Below are positions 55,700 to 64,000 of a stretch of DNA of 64,000 nucleotides, piece by piece. The first letter of the stretch is position 1. Each line of letters starts with the position of its first letter. A program made the position numbers and the translations under genes. The stretch comes from Octopus vulgaris (lineage: Eukaryota). The notes under the pieces are model-generated. The model was not told where the DNA came from. It did no database searches and saw only the letters and a program-made list of their open reading frames with translations. The DNA lies in NCBI GenBank assembly GCA_951406725.2, contig OX597821.1, positions 10,478,001 through 10,542,000 on the forward strand. The letters run 5' to 3'.

Positions 55700-57190
55700 A
55701 CAGAAATCGATAAAAATTTTAAAAAAGCAGGAAGAATGACAGAACAAGAGAGATAAAAAGAATGAAAGCAATAAAGAGAGGAACATAAAGGAAAGAAAGA
55801 ATGAACGAAATATGAAAGAAAAAAGAAAGTAGGGAAAAGGGTGAGAGAAGGGCGTCATTGTGTCTGAGTGTTGAACTTGTATTCTTTGCGTGGTTATCTT
55901 GCTACCCAGGATACAACTGTGATCTTGTTCTGGGTTTGTTGGTTGGTATTGATGAACATTTAAGAAGCCAAAGTCAATTAGTCTCAATCAAAATTGTTTT
56001 GAAAGTTGTCTTGAAACTTACTGTCACTTCCTACTGCGATTTAAGCACAAATGACTGCATTTATTATTTTGATTCTTTCTGCATATCGTGGTTTTCGTGA
56101 TTCGAGAATGGATACTTCTTTTTTCAAATGGCGTAATGCTAACTTGGCACGTATTTTCGTCTCTTCTAGCTTTTCACTCTCTATTTCTCCAATTTTTTTT
56201 CTCAAGTGATTTTCTGGGGCGAACTCCTGTTATTTATGATTCACCGATTTTTGATATTATCACACAGAATATATTTTTTTATATATCAACTTTTATTTCA
56301 TTATTCTAAACTTTTCTTTGCGAGGGTTTGCTCATTGATATATTGTATCGTTTGTTTTCACCGCTATAGTATCTTTAAGGAGATTTTTTGATGATTGAAT
56401 GTCATTCACAGGTTTATTTGTAGCGGAAAATATTGTCTAGATTTCAGATGAGTAGATTCAGCTAACAAGATATATCTGTGAGGAGTTCCTGTATGTTTTT
56501 GGTATCTCTCGGTTGTGAGTTTGTTGGTAATCCTTTGAAACGGATGGCTTGTACATCCGGATAAATATGCACAGGCTATTTTAAAGTGGAATGCAGATTT
56601 TATATATTGATATTTAGAAGTTGTTCAAGCGGTATTTAGAAAGTATTTTGGATAATCATTTATTTGTAGCTTTTACCACTTTTCAGAGATTCATCAGTGA
56701 GAGAAATGTAATGACGATCTACAAATATTCAATAACATTCTCATTACCCGTCAGCTTTCAGTCAAATACACAACATAAGCTAGTCACAATGACTTTCTAT
56801 ATCTAACCATTCACATAAATCTACGCGTCTCCATAGTAACAACGGATATATTTTACAACAAGACTGACACAAATCAGTTTCTTTACCTTCTACTCGGATC
56901 ATCTCTCACACATTAAAAGGAATATACCTTATAGTAAGCCAAGACGTATCTGTGAAGTAGTAGTTGATTAAATGTACGTTGGGTTCGACTCAATGAACAC
57001 AAAGGCATCCTAAAATTAACAGAGTTATCTCTTGAAATATCCCTTGAAAGCAGGCAGCGTTCAATTGAGGCCACCAATATAAATATTGAGCAAAATTTCA
57101 GTACATTTATGAATACAAAATGTCCAGGAGTGACCGAAATTTTTCTCGCCATAAAAGCAAATCCAATAATACTCTTATAAAATCCCAAAA
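55700..57190. mobile_element. Old Penelope-like fragments (minus ~55700-56600; plus ~56740-57190)
   Basis: TDIF..KTDTNQ..HIKRNIPYSKPRRIC on plus; degenerate IINxRxxPKSL-like on minus. Confidence 0.6.
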
Positions 57191-57399
57191 TGAAAATTCC
57201 TGTTCATTAACATCGTACACAATACAATAGACGTCACTCATAAACATAAAATACAACAACTCATATAGGTAAATTTACATCAGAGGATAATTGAAAATTA
57301 TCCCTGAAGAAGTATGACGATAACATGTAAAACATGTAACATGAACAGCAACTTCAAATATTAGGACAATGTTTCCCCGCCAATATTTTAAATGGATCT

Positions 57400-57935
57400 C
57401 CTGTCAGAAAAGTACGAATATGAACTGCAAGACACAGGCTCTGATATACCGTCCAATAATATCGTCTAGGTACAAATCCCCTGTGTAATATGACGTTGTT
57501 ACAAAGACACTATACAATGCCATTCGGAATAAAGACTGTCCTGGAACAGGTATAGAGAATGCCCCTATTCTTGAATACATACACATATGCAAGCACAAGG
57601 AATGTTGGTGAAACATTCCCATCATTACATCTGTCAAGTGTAAGCATAATGTGCCAGATATCATTGTTTATGATACACAAGAAAAGATATGTACCTTCAT
57701 AGAGGTCAGCTGCTCTGGAAATGTGAAATAACTCTTTGAAAATCAGAAAGAAAGAAGATAGCAAGGGACAACTGCTTCGAAATTTACATTTATATCAATA
57801 ACGAAAGGAGCACTTAGTTTTGTCTGGCGGGATAAGCTTAAATTTTCAGACAATAAATCAAAGAACTGATTCCCGCATTGGAAATACAATCTGTAAGCGA
57901 AACAGTAACTCTATGCAAGCGGTTTCTTAGGTTTA
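57400..57935 (+). mobile_element. RLE-type non-LTR retrotransposon C-terminal remnant
   Basis: YDVVTKTLYNAIR (RHD-like), KCKHNVPDIIV..IEVSC (PD-(D/E)xK) and GALSFV. Confidence 0.8.
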
Positions 57936-57944
57936 AAATGTTAC

Positions 57945-59520
57945 ACTTTTACTCTTTGAAGCCAAGCGGCCGCGGTCATATTGCAGCACCACCATGGACT
58001 TTCTGGCTTCCTGAGTGTGAGTGTTTCACATCATCACACCTGCCTGTGCCTTTTTCCCAGCTGTTGGTATATTTGATTCCGCTGCCTTCATCTGTTCCTC
58101 ATGATGGGCTGTTGGCTTATCCAGTATTGTGGAGAGGATGATGTCTACTTCTTTTTTGAAGGCATCTACTTCCACCTTATGTATATTTCTTATTTTTTGT
58201 GGAAGGGCATTGAATAGCTGAGGGCCTTTGAAACGTAGATTATTGCAGAAATAGCTTCTGAATTTAGATGGTGTGGATAATACCTTTAATGCCAAACAAT
58301 GGCTGCCAGTTCTGGCATTTTTATAACACTTAATGCCAAAGATAGATAATAGCTTTTCTGGGATGTTGATATATATATATATATTATTGCATATCTCTCA
58401 CGTCTTCGATGCAGGGAGTAAAGCAGTAGTGTTCTCAGCCTATCCCTGTAGCTTATCCGCTGCACTGTTTCAATCTTTTTAGTGTACTGGCGCTGGATTG
58501 CTTCACGCTCCGCTGTTAGTGTGGTACTCTGTGGTGACCTGAACTAGGGGCAATAGTCCAGGCGTTTGATAACAAAGGTTCTCCACAGGATCGACATAGT
58601 TTTTGGGACTGTTCTCCTGAATGACCTCATTATCCATCCTGCCAGTTGTCTGTATTTTGTTGCCATCTTGCTAATGTGCATATGAAATGAGGCGTCTTTT
58701 CACATACTGATCCCCAAGTCTTTCACTGCCTGTCACTCTGGCATTGTAGTGCCTGCGAGCCCTGTAAATGTAAATTGTCCTATATTCGAGAATCAATAGT
58801 GCAGTGCTTAAAACTTTCCCGTATTAAACTGCATTTTATTTATTTCAGCCCACTTGCATTATGAATTTAGATCCCGCTGTAAACTTGTGACATCATATTG
58901 GTTCTTTATTGCCCTTGATAATTTTGTGTCATTGGAATAGCTAGTGACTGTGACTCTCCAATTGACTGTGGGCATGTCTGAGACAGGTAATATGAACAGT
59001 AATGGCCCAAGAATAGTTCCCTGGGGAACAACACTTAGGATTTGAGTTTCCTCAGAAAGGACACCATTGGCTGCAACTATTTCACTTCTGCTTTTAAGGA
59101 AGTCATGCAGCCACTCTCCCAGTTTACCAGCAATGCCAAGGTTACATACATTATGACTTATCGTGCCACGATCTACCTTATCAAATGCCTTTGCGAAGTC
59201 AACGTATATCACACTGACAACTGAATGGTGTAGCAGCTGTTTCAAAACCCAGTTAAAGTGCTGTAGGAGCTGTGTGAGACAGCTTCTTTCTGGATGGAAG
59301 TCATGCTGAGTATTGTTCAATAGGCCAATCTCTTCTAGGAACATTATCAACTTCGTTCCGATGATTCACTCCATGACTTTACTGATATGTGAAGTCAGAA
59401 AGTTTGTCCGGTATTTTTTGGCCTCTGCTAAGCTTCCACCTCTTTCAGCTTTTGGGGGGTGTATAGCACTTGCAAGGAAACTTTGGAAAAGTATCTGAAG
59501 TGGTTTCGTTAAAGCCTACT
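57945..59520 (-). mobile_element. Degenerate CR1/L2-group LINE (RT to 3' end), related to 52569
   Basis: YVDFAKAFDKVD, VPQGTILGPLLF, SYSNDTK and RFKGPQLFNALP. Confidence 0.93.
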
Positions 59521-60146
59521 GACGAAAACTATTAGATTTATAAGCCCTAAAATCCACTCCATAATTGTCCACAGGCATATAGCGTAGTGGTTGAGAGAGC
59601 GGACTACTAACCTCACGATTCGAATGCAAGCAGTCACCTGAACACTAACAGTAATGATAATAATAATAATTTTTTTTTCTTCTCTCTAAAAACATCACGC
59701 TTTTCTTTGTGTGGACTTACAAAAGACTATCTTAAAACCTTAAAACTGTCTATGAAAATCTGACTTTTCTTTGCTTCCTTCCTGAATATTCAAATATAAA
59801 TGTAAACATTACTTTTTATTGTAAAAACACGCCTGTTCTTCTAACTGGACATACAAACATCTCTAGAAAAGTCAACTTCAACCTCTACAATATTACCTTA
59901 CACGAAATATGCAAACACTTTTTATTGCAATAACACAAACGCACATGGAAAAAAATAATGATGCTAACTATAGATTCTCTCTGGCCTAACACAACTTCTC
60001 TATTCACAAATAATACAGAACAGTGTAACTCGGCCCTTCCTTAATTTTTCTTAAGGTTAAGGTCAATGTTCGCTGCTAGTAGTAGTAGACATTTGAACTT
60101 TTTTTGACCGATAGGACCCCACCCGACCTAAAAAAAAATACATGAG

Positions 60147-60360
60147 CCACACTTACCACTACTGGTACTGCTGCTACTGGTACTGCTGCTACTGTAGCTA
60201 TTACTGCTACTACTACTACTGCTGCTACTGCTGCTGCTGCTACTACTACTACTGCTGCAGTTACTACTACTGCTGCTACTACCACTGCCGCTCCAACTGC
60301 TGACAATGATATTGCTGCTGCTATAACTACTGGGGCTGCTGCTGCTGCTAATGATGATAA
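60147..60360. repeat. Mixed (CTA/CTG)n trinucleotide tract
   Basis: Seen directly. Confidence 0.95.
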
Positions 60361-60519
60361 ATGAGGCCCCTATATGAAAATTAGTGGTTAAATCTTTTAT
60401 TTAATTCTTAAAAAAATTTTTTTTTTATCTTTTATTTTTTTAGTTTATTTATTTATTTAATTTATTTTTTTTAAAGAAAACTTAATAATAATTTAACTTT
60501 ACTTGAAAAGAAAATTTCT

Positions 60520-63500
60520 AACAATACACCGAATCGCTTGTCCAATGGTCATATAGGAAGCGCGCCCCCCAGGAGGCTGCCAGCCTGATGGCCAAAAATA
60601 TTCAAGTGGCAGAATATCTTCCCCGAATACGAACCTGGAAGGTCATTTAAACGGGATTTGTCCCAAATTAAGCCCCCAAAGTTCACTACCACAACGACCA
60701 GAAAATCAAAAAAGTAAAAGAACTAAATGGAACCGGGAAGAATATAAAGAAGTAATATATGCTTATTACTTTGCATTAAGTAGGCCAACCTAAGAAAAAC
60801 ACTGCAAACTCCTACAGAATTTGGAGGAGCCGGAATCCAGCTAGCAGATCAAACTTGGGTGAAAACAGATTAGCAAATGATAGAAGAGATATCTTCAGAA
60901 ATACCAGACTCACAGATGCAGAATTAACCTCTATTAAAAAAGTGGTAGAGAATGACCTAAATGTAAGTCAGGAAAGAAATAACGTAGCTGAGGAGAGGAA
61001 TGTTGGGCCACAAGCATTGACTGAAAGGCGACCATCTGCCGAATCGACTCAAGATCCCGAAGAAGAAGGAAAATATGACCCCGGAAAAAACAGCCCGGAA
61101 AATGATGGCGAAACAGAATTTGAAAATCACATGTTTGTTGAACAACACAGAAAATCTATCATTGAAATGAAGCAAGAAGTTCTGAATGAGCTTGCAGTCG
61201 TAGGACATACAACTATGATTGATAGGTAACCACTCCTTAAACTCTCAAATGCACACCAGCATAAAACACAAATAAAAATTGGCAACTGCGTTACACAGGA
61301 AATCATACAACAACTAAAACCCGAGCTTAATAAATTAAATGAAATTATTTACTCTGTCGCTAAGGTAATCGAAAGACGCTTTTTAACACCCAAAAAGCCA
61401 ACAATACCAAATTCGAAAAGAAAATCAAACTGGAGGAGTAGAATTGAAACTGAAAATGAATCACTGCGAAGGGAGATATCAATATTAACTGAGCTAATCT
61501 CTGGAAATGAGATAAGAACAAGAAAAGGCAGGAAGATTGTGAGAAAATATGGACATTCAACAAGAGAAGAACTAATGTCAACGAAAGAAACACTTAAACA
61601 AAAAGTTCAAGCAAAAGCGCAGGGAATACGCAGATTTGAGAAAAGAATCAAATTCTACAAACAAAATAAGATGTTCAAATCCAATGCCAAATCATTTTAC
61701 AGGGAAATAAGGAAAGAAAAAATAACCATTGAAAATCCACCCCTAATGGAAGAAGTTGAAAACCTCTGGAAGGAGATCTGGAGTGATGAGAAACCATACA
61801 ATGAAAATGCAGAGTGGATCAAAGATGACTACAAAATCTACAAGAACAGGTATGGGAAGACATCTCAATCACCGACCTAAGGAGAGCACTAACAAACGCT
61901 CATAAGTGGAAATCCCCTGGTATTGATAGAGTACCAAATTTCTGGCTCTCATCACTCTCGTCCGCACACAAAATGTTAATAATACTATTTAATAGTATTA
62001 TGAAAGACCCGAAAAAACACCACATTGGATGGCAAATGGTATTACGTACCTCCTCCCCAAAAATAACAAAACGAAAGATCCAAAAAACTAACGGCCTATA
62101 ACATGTTTATCTACTACCTATAAGATCTTGACATCTATTCTGGTAGAGAAAACATATACGTTTATGGAAGAGAATAACCTCTTTCCCACTGAACAAAAAG
62201 GATGCAGACGAGGCTCATACGGATGCAAAGATCAGATCCTAATTAATCGCATGATCCTTGAGAACTGGCATAACAAGCGCAGAAATCTCAGCTCTTCATG
62301 GATTTATTATAAGAAAGCCTTTGACAGCATACCACATTCGTGGATTTTGAAATCACTGGACATTTTCAAAATTTCTCCTGTGATTTCAGATTTTTTAAAG
62401 TATAATATGTCACTATGGAACACGAAGCTCCAATTATATCATTCTAATGGAGTATTGCACTCAAACAACATTAGCATAAACTGTGGAATTTTCCAAGGTG
62501 ACTCACTTTCACCACTAATATTCTGCATAGCACTAATACCACTCTCAAGTGAACTGAATAGAATATGGCTACAAATTTGACAACAGGAAAATAAGCCATC
62601 TATTTTATATGGATGACTTAAAGCTATATGGCAAAGATGATGAAGAGCTTGAAGGATTATTACACACAGTGAAAGGATTCAGTGATGATATCGGGATGGA
62701 GTTTGACCTTGAAAAGTGTGCCAAGGCCACTTTTAACAAAGGGAAATTGGTAAAGTCTAGTTCAATCGAATTAGATGTCGAAATAGTAATAAAGGAACTT
62801 GAGCAGGAACAAACCTATAAATACCTAGGAATAAATGAAGGCTCTGGTATCCAGCATGCAAGCATGAAAGAGAAGGTTGGTAAAGAATGTTATAGAAGAG
62901 GCCGAGCAGTCCTGAAGTCTGAGCTGAATGCATATAATAAGGTTTTAGCCATAAATTCCTTACCAGCACCAGTTGTTCTTTATAGCTTCAATGTGCTTAA
63001 CTGGAATAATAGTGAAAAAATGAAAATTAACAGAAAATTCGCAAGCTACTGACTTGTAATAAGGTGCACCATCCAAAGGCAGACGTGGATCGCCATTACC
63101 TTCCCAGAGGTCAGGAAGGTAGAGGTTTGATCCAGCTTGAACTTACATATAAAACCACCACAATCGGACTGACCAAATACCTTGAAGCAACCAACGATTG
63201 GATGCTAAAACTTGTTGAAAAAACATGAAAGACCTACAAAACTTCACTCTATTCTCAAAGAGAGCAAACAAATCGCTGCTGATCTTAGGTACCCACCAGA
63301 TTGAGCAGGCTGAAGGAAATGCGTCAACTGCAGCTGCAAAGAAAATAAAATTAATTGCAAAGACAAAAGCATATGAAAATTTAGCAAGCAGATGGGAACA
63401 GAAACCTCTCCATGGCAAGTATGTGGCCCGTAGCAAACAAGCTGATGTCGACCAGAAACACACACACCAATGGTTACGAAGCTCAGGGCTAAAAGCAGAG

Positions 63501-64000
63501 AGTGAAGGTTTCATATTAGCTGCTCAAGACAAAAGCTTATTAACCCAGAACTACCAAGCCAATGTGATGAAAAATGGAGCTGACCCTAATGCCGATTCTG
63601 TAACAATGAGACTGAAAAAATAGACCACCTAATCTCAGGGTGTAGAGTCTTAGTACCTGCAGAATATAAAGAAAGGCATGACAGAGTCGGCAAGTATTTA
63701 CATTGGACAATATGTCGGCATTATAAAATCAAAACCGCTGACAAATGGTATAAACATCATCCTGAAGCTGTGACTGAGGGGGAAAATGAGTCGATTCTAT
63801 GGGACTTTCCCGTGCAGACCGACAGGACTGTAAAAACTAATAAACCGGATATTATTATAAAAGATCAGCCAAAAAGGATGTGTTTATTAATTGACATGAG
63901 TATTCCCTGTGATCACAATATAGCGGCGAAAGAATTTGACAAGATTAGTAAATATAAAGACCTGCTAATAGAAATTGAAAAAATGTGGCATCTCAAGGCG
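60520..64000 (+). mobile_element. R4/Dong-clade non-LTR retrotransposon, near full length but disrupted, running off the window end
   Basis: KWNREEYKEV, WKSPGIDRVPNFWL, RPITCL, EQKGCRRGSYGCKDQ, GIFQGDSLSPL, FYMDDLKL, HLISGC..RHDRV and NKPDII..LIDMSIP..KYKDL, with multiple frameshifts and stops. Confidence 0.95.

Overview
This is AT-rich eukaryotic DNA packed with (TA)n, (CA)n, (GA)n, (GATA)n and trinucleotide microsatellites. The SINE families point to a cephalopod (Octopus-like) genome; that assignment is an inference. I found no intact host protein-coding gene. Most ORFs in the track are microsatellite artefacts or transposon remnants. Transposons seen: a Penelope-like element (RT + GIY-YIG) with ~790-bp inverted pseudo-LTRs, several more Penelope fragments (some with hammerhead-ribozyme motifs), R4/Dong-type, CR1/L2-type and RTE LINE pieces, a full-length dead Tc1, several mariner and hAT remnants, a probable solo LTR and many tRNA-derived SINEs. 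The main hidden signal is in the sequence between the repeats. Read through stops and frameshifts, it repeatedly gives collinear LRR, LRRCT, transmembrane and TIR-like motifs on both strands. I interpret this as a dense cluster of roughly a dozen decayed Toll-like-receptor (TLR) genes, one segment of which was triplicated after it had already died. The TLR calls come from manual motif reading of degenerate AT-rich DNA and need profile-HMM confirmation. Boundaries of decayed features are approximate.
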